DNA from: Octopus sinensis
Lineage: Eukaryota
DNA: 64,000 bases
Assembly: GCF_006345805.1 (NCBI RefSeq)
Contig: NC_042997.1
Coordinates: 34,534,001-34,598,000, forward strand
Direction: 5' to 3'
The notes under the pieces are model-generated. The model ran no database searches. It had not been told where the DNA came from and saw only the letters and a list, made by a program, of their open reading frames with translations. Shown here piece by piece: positions 1 through 13,974 of the stretch (within the stretch, counting starts at the first letter, position 1; each line of letters opens with the position of its first letter). The translations under genes and the position numbers were made by a program.

Positions 1-2
1 AC

Positions 3-79
3 CTGTTACATGGAACTTTGGTATTCGTCTCCATCTGAGATATATTTCTTATCATGAAGCCACTGGTAGTAGGGTTTGC
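3..79 (-). other. Possible 77-nt spliced exon (unverified)
   Basis: Minus strand reads TTCTTTATTTGTAG|GCAAAC...GTAACAG|GT, with the donor GT at window positions 2-1. One frame is open throughout (ANPTTSGFMIRNISQMETNTKVPCN). I recognise no homology. Confidence 0.25.
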
Positions 80-162
80 CTACAAATAAAGAATATTCAT
101 CCAGCAATGCTGTGTTGAGCTGCCACACACACACACACACACCACACACACACACAGACACA

Positions 163-202
<40 letters not shown>

Positions 203-2217
203 ATTTTGTTGTTAATACTTTTTAAGCAACTGAGATTAAGTATCATTCGTACTGAGTAACCTATATTTCTTGACCTACTCAGTCTAGGTGGGATGTTTGA
301 ATGAACCATGCTAACGTTTATTTATACATATTTTTTTCAGACTTACAAATTAAATGTAAATCTATCGTACATCAATTTCCATTACCTTTAAGTAATCAGA
401 ATAATTTCATTAGTAGTTGCCATTAATGTATGTATGTGCTATCAGCACAAAGAACAAATGAAATCACTCCAAAACAATGAAGACTCTGCTGACAAAGCGA
501 ATTGATTTATCAGTAAGATGGAAGTTGAAAGCAATGGATGTATAGTAGAATTAACGCAGCGACTTAGATTTAATTCATGTTTATATTTACTTTACAGTTG
601 TGACGTCGATACATTTCTTTGGGAAAGAATCCATGCCAAAAACTTTAAATTCAATGATCTACGAATATGTATAGCTAAACAATACACTTTGATAATTATT
701 AACAACGAATTTCTGGCCGTATTGACAACTCATCTAACAACTAGTCAAAGGCTGGAGCAGTTTGCTTTGTACTCATAGTAAAGATAATGTCTATAGATGA
801 GCCAGTCTAGTTTGCCGGCCAATGTAATATAGTAAATCACTGCTGTAAGCTGTAGAAGCAGCATCAACGTAGAAATAGTGGATATTGTGTCAATCTGCAG
901 TACGATCGTCCAACGTGAGATATAAACCAAGCTCGTATTTAGGTGGAGATTTAGTTTTCATCCGATTAACAGTAGAGAAACGAAAGATAAACGTCAGTCG
1001 TATGTCTCCTGATTAAAAAAATGTTAGGTTATTTAAACCGATTTCTAGTGATTGAATAAGACACAACAAGCTAGGTCTTAAGGGTAACTATATGGAGAAT
1101 GTACTGAAGTTCTGGGATTGAGTGGTCTGTTGGATATACCTAAGGAGAGTTGGTTATTTCCTAGCCTGATTCAGTTATAAATAGACTGTCGATTGGATGC
1201 ACAGTCTATGGAATATATAATACTGAAGTTCAAACCAACTTTCAAAGAATTAAGCCACAGAAAACTCTTTATTTGTTCAAGCATTCGGGTCAGCCTACCA
1301 TAGACATAGCATATATTAGCAGCAGAACTCAACAGCACGGGTTAATAATTCAGTAATTTGTTATGCAAGTCCTCAGATTCACAATTAGCAGTAAAAATTA
1401 ACCTTTCTGTGTTATCCATTGCAGCTGTACGCGAAGGATGACAGCAAATGAATTGGCGTTACAATACACGAAAAGCGGCACGATCAAAAGAATAAAATCC
1501 TCAATATCCTCTGTAATAGATTTGCCTCTACATTCTCCGAGAGAAATGAAAACGTCAAATAGATGCATGTGATATATAAACAATTTATCAGAATTCAAAA
1601 ATATTTAATTAATTTCTAGCTTTTTGCTTTTTATTTCGTTGATGTCAAACTCGATTCATTATCATTATGAATGTTCACCGTATCCAACTATCAACTTTAT
1701 CCATTATAATTAAACATTGTTTATAATCTTTCTTTACACTCGTACACACGTATACACACACACACACACGTACACACACACACTCACACACACACACACA
1801 CATATATATTTATATATACACACACATGTTTATCAAGTTTCGTTCTTAAATAATAGCGATTTTCGTTAGGTAGGCTTTTCATATAGAGTGAAATGATTTT
1901 CAGTGGATTTGCTGTAATAATTTTTGTTTAATGAAAGGAGAGATGGTGGTGGAATCATATACTGTCGGAAGGAATACTTTCCGCTTTCGAGTCAAGCTGA
2001 GATCAGCTTTGCATTTAATACTTTCAGCATCTGTACTTGTTCGATATCATAAACTGTTCCTCCATACATGTTTTTGTCTCTAACTTAGAAAACAATAATT
2101 TGTTTATATCAGAGGGAACGGTAGAGCGTCAAACGATATGCTCTGTGGAGTTAAGTTACACTCTTTTATGGTTTTAAAAAAAATATTATATAGGGGGGAC
2201 TTTGTCTTTCATTCTCA

Positions 2218-2466
2218 CAAAAGAAGTGGCTGTGTGGTAAGTAGCTGGCTTACGAACCACATGGTTCCGGCTTCAGTCCCACTGTGTGGCATCTTGGGCA
2301 AGTGTCTTCTACAATAGCCTCGGGTTGACCAAAGCCTTGACAGTGGATTTGGTAGACGGAAACTGAAAGAAGCCCGTCGTATATATGCATGTATGTATAT
2401 GTGTGTATATATATATGTATGTGTGTGTATATATGTGTATGTGTATGTATGTATTATGTATGTATG

Positions 2467-2500
<34 letters not shown>

Positions 2501-2760
2501 TGTATGTATGTATGTATGTGTATATGTTTGTGTGTCTGTGTTTGCCCCCCTCCCCAACATCGCTTGTCAACCGATGCTGGTGTGTTTACGTCCCCGTAAC
2601 TTAGCGGTTCGGCAAAGGAGACCGATAGAATAAGTACTGGGCAACCAAAAAAATAATTCCTGGGATCGATCTGCTCGACTAAAGGTGGTGCTCCAGCATG
2701 GCCACAGTCGAATGACTGAAACAAGTAAAAGAGTAAAAGAGTAAAGGAGTAAAGACAGTA
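2218..2760 (+). mobile_element. SINE family B, full length, with internal (TATG)n/(TA)n microsatellite
   Basis: tRNA-like head (GTGGCTGTGTGGTAAG...GCTTCAGTCCC), CORE-like CTTGGGCAAGTGTCTT segment, internal microsatellite about 2380-2525, and 3' (GAGTAAAA)n tail. Homologous copies occur at 26731, 29250, 39500, 44878, 47800 and 49289. Confidence 0.9.
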
Positions 2761-4009
2761 AGATCGATTTTAGTCTGCTGCACAGTTTCCACACCAAATT
2801 TGGTATCGTTTGTTCAATTATTAAATTCAAATTTATTTAAGTAATGAGATCTGATGATAAATAAACTCCTGACAAGAGAATGTATTGGCAAAGTTAACTA
2901 TATTGACAATATGGCAGATGCCCTTAGGAAAACAGTATATTTTCATATTGCTATTATTGACATCAGAGGATCAAATCATTGGAAATAATAACATAAAGTA
3001 GAGCAATAGATAATTATAGTTATAATTATGGCAACTTCAAACTGATTTTGCGGTATGGTTCTCGGCAGAATTTCGTTAATAAATAAATATTACTAGAATT
3101 GATAACTACTACGTATTTGCCAACAATTTCTACACAAACACCGTTTGTCGTAAGTTTACAACTGAGACTTGTGGTTGATAGTTTCGGGCACTTAAAGCCA
3201 GTAAACCGGAGTAAATGCGAAGAATAAAATCAAAAGCTTCCCATTTGATATGATTCTAGACTCTTACATGTAATTTTCCTGTTGTAAGTTCAATACTTTT
3301 AAAGAAGAAAAAACGAAAACAATTTTGCCTATAGACCCAAATAATGCATAAAGTGCATTTGAGCTCCAATTCCATAGCTGTTGTGTTTTAGGTTTTAGGT
3401 ATTTAAAACATGTATATAAAGAGCCACAGAATCATTGTAATTACTCTTTTCCAGATGGCGTTGGCACATGAGGTGAAGTAAAGGGGAAGGACAAATGTAG
3501 ACAGGAAATGAGGTTAAGGGAAAATTTCTGCATTGCACATTTACAGAAGCGTCTCTTCCATATTTTTTAATGAGTGTGTAATATAAATTATAAACTAACA
3601 TACTTTTTTACAGATACAAAAAGAAATCCACAAACCCGATAAAAGACATGAAATGCGGTAAATATAAATGGTAAGTGAAAAACAACAACATACAGATAGA
3701 CAGGTAAAAAAAAAAGCATGCAAACAAATAATAGAAATAATAGAAATTAAAATAATGTAAAAGTGAAAAAAAAAATTACATATCAAAATGTTGAAAGGCA
3801 GATAAAAATAAGCAAATAATAACTATAAAATAATCAACAATAAATAATAATGCTTCACTTATCGTAAAATATATAACCCATCTTAGCACTTACAAAACAA
3901 CTAAATCAGTAAACAGCGCAGAGTTAGATCACATCATATCATTTTGAAAAAACAAAAAACAAAAAGAAAACAACAGCAACAACAGCAACAGTAATAATGC
4001 TGTTGTTTT

Positions 4010-4040
<31 letters not shown>

Positions 4041-4187
4041 GATGGTGATGGTGATGGTGATGGCTGTCGTTACAGTTTTGAATGGCAGCACCATCGTCGA
4101 TATTATCCTTGTGAATAATCATTATAACTATAATAGTCACCAATAGCAGAATCCACCAGTTTACCATCTAGAACACGAAACACAAAC

Positions 4188-5111
4188 CACCACCACCACC
4201 ACCACCACCACCGCCACTACTACATACCACCACCACTACTACTAAACACCACCACCACCACCACCAATACCACGACTACTACTACTACTACCAACCCCAC
4301 CACCATACTACTACTATACTACTACTACTACCATCACCACTACCACACACTACTACTACTACTACCATCACCACCACCACCACACCGCCACCACCACCAC
4401 ACGACTACCTGACTAATACTATACTACTACTACTACTAAAGACCACCACCCACAACCAGACTACGACACTAGTATACCACTACCACCACCACCACCACTA
4501 CCACTACTACTACTACTTACCCCACCCACCACACCACCACCACCACTACTACCTACTACTACTACTATACATTAAACCACCACCACTACAACATTACTAC
4601 TACTACTACTACTAATACCACCACCACCACCACTACCACTACTACTCCTATCCACACACCACCACTACTATACTACTAATACTACTACTCTACTACTCCT
4701 ACTACCACCACCACCACTACCATTACTACTACTACTACTAATACTACTACTACCACCACACCACCACCTTACTACTACTACTACTACACCACCACCATTA
4801 CTACTCTACTATACTACTACTACTACTACTACCAACACCACCACCATAATACTACTACTACTACCATCACCCCACTACCACCACTACTACTACTACTACC
4901 ATCACCACCACCACCACCACCGCCACTACTACCACCACCACTACTACTACCACCACCACCACCACCACCACTACCACTACTACTACTACTACCACCACCA
5001 CCACCACCACTACTACTACTACTAATACTACTACTACTACCATCACCACTACCACCACTACTACTACTACTACCATCACCACCACAACCACCACCGCCAC
5101 CACCACCACCA

Positions 5112-5155
<44 letters not shown>

Positions 5156-5415
5156 CACCACCATTACTACTACTACTACTACTACCACTACCACCACCAC
5201 CACCACTACCACTACCACCACCACTACCACTACTACTACTACCCCACCACCACCACCACCACCACCACCACCACCACACCACTACTACTACTACTACTTA
5301 CTACTACTACTACTATTACTACCCCCACCCCTACCATTACTACTACTACTACTATACTACTACTACCACTACCACCACCACCACCACTACCACTACTACT
5401 ACTACTACCACCACC

Positions 5416-5462
<47 letters not shown>

Positions 5463-5499
5463 CATTACTACTACTACTACTACCACCACCACCACCAAT

Positions 5500-5535
<36 letters not shown>

Positions 5536-5549
5536 ACCACCACCACCAT

Positions 5550-5591
<42 letters not shown>

Positions 5592-5692
5592 CACCACCAC
5601 CATTACTACTACTACTACTACTACCACCACCACCACCATTACTACTACTACTACTACTACTACCACTACCACCACCACCACCACCACTACTC

Positions 5693-5724
<32 letters not shown>

Positions 5725-5844
5725 CACCACCATTACTACTACTACTACTACTACTACCACTACCACCACCACCACCACTACCACTACCACCACCACTACC
5801 ACTACTACTACTACCACCACCACCACCACCACCACCACACCACC

Positions 5845-5887
<43 letters not shown>

Positions 5888-6116
5888 TACTACCACCACC
5901 ACTACCATTACTACTACTATACTACTACTACTACCACTACCACCACCACCACCACTACCACTACTACTTACTACTACCACCACCACCACCACCACTACTA
6001 CTACTTACTACTACTAACTACTACCACCACCACCATTACTACTACTACTACTACACCACCACCACATTACTACTACTATACTACTACTACTACTATACTA
6101 CCACCACCACCACCAT

Positions 6117-6156
<40 letters not shown>

Positions 6157-6318
6157 CAACACCACCATTACTACTACTTACTACTACTACACCACCACAC
6201 ACACCATTACTACTACTACTACTACTACTACACTACCACCACCACCACCACTACCACTACTACTTACTATACCACTACCACCACCACCACTACCACTACT
6301 ACTACTACTACCACCACC

Positions 6319-6380
<62 letters not shown>

Positions 6381-6381
6381 C
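4188..6381. repeat. 2.2-kb compound (ACT)n/(ACC)n trinucleotide array
   Basis: Directly visible alternating TAC and CAC blocks, with almost no G on the + strand. Confidence 0.97.
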
Positions 6382-6552
6382 TCTTCTCACTGTAACAGTA
6401 AAGACAAAAACAAGAAGAGCAACAATAGCAACAGCAACAACACCATAACAAAAGACTATTTGAAAGAAACAAAATGGAAATGTAGAATGAAAGTTCTATT
6501 TCTACTTTTTTTTTCCTGATTTTTTTTTCTTTTCGTCTTTAAAAAAAAAAAA

Positions 6553-6586
<34 letters not shown>

Positions 6587-7149
6587 GACAGTTTGGTAGC
6601 GAAAAGAATAAAGGAAATAAGTTACAATAAAAACAGACTCTGCTATAAACGTCTCGAACGGAAATAAGAGGCAATATTGATATTAGCTGAGCGCGCAAAG
6701 GGAGATCAATACGATGTGTATTGGACGAATGCCAGTTGATGTCTTCAGCATGCAAACTTGTAATGGAATGTGAATAAATTAATCCTCCATCAGACACACC
6801 ACCTCAGCTTGCTTTAAATTCAAACAACATGCAAACAAAACGAGCGTGTTCGTACACACGTAGAGATATATATATATTCACATTCAGGTACAAACGCATA
6901 TATACTTACATATATACTTACATACATCTATAGACACACTTGCTTATTTGTGCAAACGTCCATATAAATACACAAACGATTACGCGGATTATATATATAT
7001 ATATATATATATATATACGTGAATCACGACACACACATCATTCACCCTCGCACAAAAGGTTGATAGATATATAATGTGATAAATCACGCCACGTATTTCT
7101 ACACCTATAAAGTTGGCTTCTATCTGTTCCAGAAAGACGCACACACACT

Positions 7150-7243
7150 CATACATGCTTACATACATACATATATACATGCATGCATACGTACGTACAT
7201 ACATATATACATACGTACGTACATACATACATGCATACATACA

Positions 7244-7276
<33 letters not shown>

Positions 7277-7471
7277 GCATGAATACATACGTACATACAT
7301 ACGTACGTACGTACGTACATACATACATACATACAGACTGACAGACAGACATACATAAATACATACATACATATATACCTGCATACATACATACATACAT
7401 ACATACATACATACATACATACATAGATACATACATAAATACATACATACATACATGCATACATACATACA

Positions 7472-7505
<34 letters not shown>

Positions 7506-7620
7506 CATACGTACGTACATACATACATACATATATACTTACATAAATACATACATACATACATACTTACATACATACATACATACATACGTACGTACAT
7601 ACGTACATACATACATACGC
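7150..7620. repeat. (ATAC)n microsatellite
   Basis: Direct reading; it produces the spurious MYV/YIHT ORFs. Confidence 0.97.
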
Positions 7621-8534
7621 ATATATAAACACGTGTGTCTGCCTGCCCGTATGTATGTATGTCTGTCTGTCCTTGATACGTATGTACAAACATATGTAAA
7701 TATGCGGGACGCCAAACAGAACGATTGCCAATAGTTTCATTATAAGAACTGATATGTAATGTGTGTAACATATATTTTCACTTATTCAAATTTACTTGAG
7801 GGCTTTACGGCTTTTGAAAAATATCGCTGGCAGACCGTACTATCTGCACCCCCAACCTCGTATACAATTATCAGCGTAGCATTATTTGGTAAACGTAATG
7901 CTGGGTTGTTTATTGAAAACGAAATTATACTGTGGGACCTCCGATGCAGTTTGTGTTCTAGCGAAACATGAGACGCATAAAACGAATTTCCCTGTTAGAG
8001 CTTCCATGTTTGTGTGTAGCTGAACTGTATGAAGTGTTCACGTCTACATAACCTTGTAGCGTATATGCTTGTGTATGTGTGCGTGTGTGAGTCTACTTAT
8101 GTATTAGTGTGCGTGTGTGTGTGTGTTTGTGTATTGCGCATACTTTTGGCTCTCTTTTAAAAAACATCAGAACCATTGTATTTTCTGCAAGAGCTAATTT
8201 AAGAAGAGAAGCAAAATTATGTGATTTGGACACAGGCCCACGACTGCGAGAGCGTTTATTCTATCAACCTTGTAAGAATGAGAGACCTTGTCGTAATATA
8301 ATTATCAAAAATTAATAATGGCGTCTATCTATAAGTTTGCTTTCATTACGATTTAAACTATTTTGTGTTTTGGGGGAAAAACTTCATTCAATTGCTTTAA
8401 GTGTTTAGAGAACGCGAAAAAACTGAACATGTATTTTTTCTGTGTATTTCTACAAAATATTCTCATCTGAATATTATCTGGACCTCTAAAAAGCAGAAGA
8501 TATGCAGAAGTGAGTTTAAATAGGAGCACTTCAT

Positions 8535-8847
8535 CGGTTACCACGACGAGGGTCCCTGCTGATACGATCAACGGAACAGCCTGCTCGAGAAATTAACGTG
8601 CAACTGACTGAGCAATCCACAGACACGTGAATCCCTAACGTAGTTCTCGGGGAGATTCAGCGTGACACAGAGTGTGACAAAGCCAGCCCTTTGAAATACA
8701 GGTGCAACTCATTTTTGCCAACTGAATGAACTGGAGCAGCGCGAAATAAAGTGTCTTGCTCAAGGACACATTGCGTCGCCGGGAATCGAACTCACGACCT
8801 TACAATCGTGAGCCGAATGCCCTAACCACTAAGCCACGCGCCTTCAC
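8535..8847 (-). mobile_element. SINE family D (head D + tail 1), full length
   Basis: Minus strand starts GTGAAGGCGCGTGGCTTAGTGGTTAGGGCATTCGGCTCACGATTGTAAGGTCGTGAGTTCGATTCCCGG, a tRNA-like head with A and B boxes. It then has a CCTTGAGCAAGACACTTTATTT domain and the same 3' tail as the 16105 and 49521 copies. Confidence 0.9.
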
Positions 8848-11800
8848 AGCTCTCATACATACAAATATTTTACCGTATAAGAGAAAATATTAATTTACGT
8901 AGATGCTGAAATTGAGTCTCTTGTTCCAACACAGGCTCACCCAATAACTGTTCTCCTCGCGTCTTTAGTACTGGCTTGCATTTGCCAAATCTCACTTCGA
9001 CCAAATTGTGAGCCCTTTGAATGCAAACGTCCGATAACACCTGCCCACCCCTTCCATGTGTTCTTTACATGCATTAAAGTATATAACTTCGGGTTGAACG
9101 TCCAAAAGCTTACCCAGTCTGGGTAGGGCACAATAACCACAAAATTATGGTGACTGATTCTTTAGTTTGGTTTCAAGGACAACAAAAAAGAAATGTTTTT
9201 ATTGGGGGTGGTTCCAGAAAATTTGATTTCAATTTCCTTGAAAAATTTCTTTTAAGAATGAATAAGTGTTCAAAATGCTACAGATTTTTTGCACCATCTT
9301 TTAATACCGAGTGCCCCTCACATTTTCAAGACCTCTTCCGTGACAGGTAGGGGAGCAGTAATTTAAATACATAGCCAACTGATTGAATCTGAATCGACAA
9401 CTCTAAGGGCTTTCAAAGACCAGACTATGGTGTTTGAATTGGGTGACAGATCGTATCTATTGATCCACGAGAAAGATGAGTTCAGTTAAGTAATTATATT
9501 TACCAAGAACTTGTAGGAAAGTTATGAAACATTCTCTAAAATACAGTTAAAATTTCGGTATCAGATGGATTTAGTTTCGTGTGAGAGGAACACGTCATAA
9601 GAACTTTCAGACTGACAAAGTGTGAAGATAGAAAACTAAAGTCTGTGAAAGTGAATTTTTAATATGGCTTCTACTTTTCTCAGAATCTAAGGAAAACTAA
9701 TGTGAAAAGAGTCACTGTCAATAGTTAGACAGTGAGAAGAGGTCATAAATATGAAAATATTCGTATATAAAGCAGGTGTATTTTCCTGCGATGTAAATTT
9801 TTAGCTACAAGCTAAATCTTGTTATTCGTGTAACGAAATATTTCGTAGACCTAAGTATTGAAAGGTATAATCATGTTACATTAAAAGTTACTTTACTCAG
9901 CAAATATTCAGCACTCTCTATTTTGGTCTGTCTACCTGCCGCAATCATATTCGATATCTCAAGGAAAGCTTTGGTAAGTGTAAGTACTAAGTTGTTAAAA
10001 ATTTACTGCTGCATTAAAGAAGTCTGACATAAAATATGTAATAACTATCAATAAGTAAAAATTGCTATTTTACGAAAATAAATTGTATCTCCATATATTT
10101 CAAGTCCATTTCAATTCTTAGCGTATGATGAAATACAAGCACGTCTTTTAACATGAGATTAGCTACTCAAGTATTTTTTCCGAAGTTAAATATTTGACTT
10201 GAAAGTTTTGCTTGATCCCTTCATCCTTGTGTAAATACAACTGCGAGAGGCAAGCAAATGTAAGGAGTTCATAATAATAGAATAGAAATGTTCTGAGATT
10301 TTACGGATTTATTTTAGTTCTAAAGGAATTCTTCGAACAAGGTACATTATTCAATATGTTTGGAACTGCGGAAATGAGAAGTAATAAGATTTTAACCATT
10401 TTCCAAGATAATTAGTTTTGGTTTGGGGAAATGGCATGATCTGGCCACGAAAGCAACATGACAATGTTGGTACTTCAAGACTTTTTCAAAGCTCATCACA
10501 TTCTGTTTGAAGTCATGAATTTTCAACTTTGGCCCAAGGTAAATTATTCTTATAAATGTTATATACACATTCGTCCTCACACATTTCGAGCACGGATAGT
10601 GACGGAGCGATGGAAGCAAAACAAAGTGAATCAGGGGTAACAGAAAATCATTGCAACACACAGTTCCATTTTTTATTCCACATTGAGCCGGATTAATCTG
10701 TAGTGCGCAACTAGTGTAGATCTGATTTAGTTAATGGTGTAGTACATAATGTAAGTTTAATAGTACAATAAGTAAACCAAGGCTAGAATAATACCAAGAT
10801 GCCTGAAAATGCATTAGTAAAAATGTTAAAAGAAACTGAAAGGTATCATATAATAGTTTTGCCCGGTGATTTACAAAAAAATGCATTTGACTCAAATTTT
10901 ATATGATTGAAAAAAAGCATTAATCACGGTTGCAGTAACTTGCATCATGGGGAACAAAACGAATGAAATATAATAGCAAAATAAAATAATAATAACAATA
11001 AGCAAATAAAGCAAAAAAACCCCCTAAAATAAAGAAGGAAAAGCAGCAAGACAAATAAAGTAGAAAATGCCTCCTCACCCCGAAAAAACCCCAAACAAAC
11101 TAGATATATATTAAAATAAAATGCAATCAAGAGTTTGCTAATTAATTGTGACTAAATTCAATTAAAGATTTCAGTTGTAAGTCACGACAACAAGGCTAGT
11201 TGCAGTATTTCTTTTACAGATATCCATTTATATGTTAGAGCGGCCTTTAAATATAAAGAAGAGGAATGTTCACATATCTCAGTGACTGATCATATATTTT
11301 GCTGTATTTTAATTTTTTTTTTTTTGCATTTGATTTTGAATCCAAAGAATGTGGTCGGAAATAAATACTGTTTTTATCTTATTTTACTCCACAGGTGATA
11401 ATTGCCTAATAATCACACCATATATCATGCATTTATCATTAGCTACAGCAGGTGGGGGAAATATATGAAGATTGCGTGATCTGTTGACATTTTTCGATGC
11501 ACGCAGTATATGTAATGGAGATAGATACTTAATGCAAAAGATTTGCTTTACATGCCAAGTAAAGAAAAATTATTTGCTCGAAGAAATAACAACAACACAT
11601 AAAATAGAAACAAGAAATACACAAGAGACACGAAATACGAAAAGATGTAGTCTTCAAATGATTGTCGTTTTGTGCTTAATAGAAAAATATAAACATGCCA
11701 AATACCGCATGGCATATATAACATAAATGTCAATTTGTAGATTTGTTTAACTACTATTTTAACAGAAAAATAGAAGTTTCTATTTGTAGCGAAGCGATCG

Positions 11801-12170
11801 TATCGATAATTTGTAAGATGCATATCAAATGTAACACGTACGATGTTATTTTAATGTCTTTCTAGATTATAGTTGGTAATATCTAAATTTGATTATAAAA
11901 CTGTCATTTTACCGCAATATAGATACTACCCCAGTATACATAGATACAAACGTTCATGTATAGGTGTATATGTGTGTATCGTTCTCTCTCCGACTTTCGC
12001 TTTCTCACCCTTCCTCCCTCCCCCTCTTTCTCTCTGTTTTATATACATATATATATATATATATATTGTTAGAAATGGTAAGACAACAAAAGAATGAAAG
12101 AGATCTCGATATTGTATAAATAGAGGAATTTATCTGTAAATATAATACGTGACAATTATTCGGTAGCCAT

Positions 12171-12231
12171 GATAAAACTCCGAGTTTCGGATGTCGGAGC
12201 GGAAACCCACGCCGCCATCTCTTCAGTTATC
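12171..12231 (-). ncRNA. Type I hammerhead ribozyme motif (left arm)
   Basis: Minus strand: stem I GAUAA/UUAUC, CUGAAGA core, stem II GAUGGCGG/CCGACAUC plus one extra C, GAAA, stem III ACUC-G-GAGU, and a GUU cleavage triplet. Confidence 0.7.
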
Positions 12232-12292
12232 CTACCATCGACAAAGTGCAATCAATTAACGGTCATTTTCATAGCACTTTTTCGATGGCCGG

Positions 12293-12351
12293 ATAACTGA
12301 AGAGATGGCGGCGTGGGTTTCCACCCCGACATCCGAAACTCGGAGTTTTAT
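12293..12351 (+). ncRNA. Type I hammerhead ribozyme motif (right arm)
   Basis: AUAA-CUGAAGA (12297-12303)-GAUG...CAUC-C-GAAA (12335-12338)-CUCGGAG-UU-UUAU. It has the same fold as the left arm, with a 4-bp stem I. Confidence 0.65.
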
Positions 12352-12442
12352 AATGGCTACCGAATAATTGTCACATATTATATATATATACATATATATA
12401 TACACACACATACACGAAAATATTTGCACATGTACACCTATA

Positions 12443-12477
<35 letters not shown>

Positions 12478-13109
12478 ACACATGTATTTATTCTTTATGT
12501 TTTTCATACACTCAGACGATTGCGGCAATGCTGATTCACGGTCTTGAAGAGTTTATTGGAGCTAGTTACCCTGGCATTCAATCTATCAGTTCTAATTGTT
12601 GACCAACTTGATCACTGAGACATAAGCAAACCTACACCAGTTGTCATAGGCTAGTGGGGGATAAACACAAACACGAAACCACACGTACACACACACATAC
12701 ACACACATATACGCGCGCATTCTTCTTATGTTAGTATCTATCTATCTATCTATCTATCTATTTACCTATCTATACATTTATCACGACTGGACACCAATAT
12801 ATCTTATGATTTTAAATGATTTTAAATGACGGTGCAAGTGTAAGGATATCTTAGGTCGTACTGTCGAAATAGATTGAGAAATCTGTGAGAATTCTGAACT
12901 GGAATTAACATTTATACACGTTGTATCGACGCTCCTGTTTAAACAGCTATGTAAATATGTAAATTGGTAAATAAGAGAACTTTTGCATTATTCGTAAAGC
13001 ATACATTCTTTCCATTAGACAGCCAGTCTGATGCTCCTGGCTTGTAAGAATGTTGAAGTTTAACCGGGATCATGCTTTTGTAAAGAGGCTTCTACGTATT
13101 TATTACATA

Positions 13110-13403
13110 CTAGCAGTATCGCCCGGCGTTGCTTGGGTTTGTAAGGAAAATAACTATATAAGCATTTTTGGAGAGTTATAGCCAAAAAATAGCAAAAAAA
13201 TGCATTAAAAATGGAAAAAAATGATGGTAATTTTTTTTTTAAATCGTAGACTCATCGTAGACGCGCGCTAATACCCAGAAGGGCTCGATATGAATCACGA
13301 CTATAAGATACCCGGTTTTGGTTAAACCTCACCGCAAAATGTGGGAGTAGTTAGGAATCTAAATCGTAGGAGACAGACACAACTTCACTTTTATATATAA
13401 AGA
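13110..13403 (-). mobile_element. Non-autonomous Helitron (about 294 bp)
   Basis: Minus strand reads A|TCTTTATATATAAAAG ... CCCAAGCAACGCCGGG (subterminal hairpin) CGATACTG CTAG|T. This gives the canonical 5'-TC, 3'-CTAG, hairpin and A^T insertion site. Confidence 0.85.
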
Positions 13404-13974
13404 TATGATTGTAATTTTGCTTATAAATTTGTTTGTCATATACGCCAAGGTGGCGTCCATATTAATTAATACTTCCGATCAACTTTGTATTTCTTTCAGG
13501 CCTAACGTGATTGTATTTACATAACTCGAAATTAATACCGTTCACCAAGTTCTCTAGGCAATCCTGAACTAATTGATTAACTGACTCGATCTATTCCTTC
13601 GGCTGCTGAGAATTATGGATTTGAATGACGCGGATAATTTCCATGGCCAGTCCAACGATTTGTGTATTTAATATAGAATTTTAACTTTGTTTACAAACAT
13701 ACTTATACATACATATGTGCAGATACATATACATTCGTCCATGATATATGTATGTGTGTGTTTGTGTATTTATAAATGAATGTATGTATGTCATTATTCA
13801 GTTTAATTCATCTCTTGCCAGTAGAAAAAGGACCGGTTTCTAACCTAGATCAAAGGCTCCTTCATTGGAATTTCCACATCAACAACAGGGTATTTTTGTT
13901 TATTTGTTTGTTTGTATGTGTGTATGTATTCTCATACATATAGTTGCATATCTAGACATGCTCATACATATTTA

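Larger units (their letters stand above)
12140..12383. repeat. 110-bp inverted repeat (24-nt loop) made of two Penelope-like terminal repeats
   Basis: 12140-12249 is the reverse complement of 12274-12383 with about 7 mismatches. (TA)n lies about 75 nt to the left (12044-12066) and directly to the right. Confidence 0.9.

Noticed and set aside
745-930. 61-aa hydrophobic minus-strand ORF (possible TM exon)
   Set aside because: No convincing donor and no recognisable homology; a length this short is expected by chance.
1398-1598. Minus-strand ORF and possible 22-nt microexon (TACAG|CTGCAATGGATAACACAGAAAG|GTTAAT)
   Set aside because: The donor is weak, and splicing to the 3-79 segment selects the frame with a stop; unsupported without RNA data.
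13484-13530. Strong-looking + strand acceptor TTTGTATTTCTTTCAG|G
   Set aside because: All three frames stop within 30 nt.
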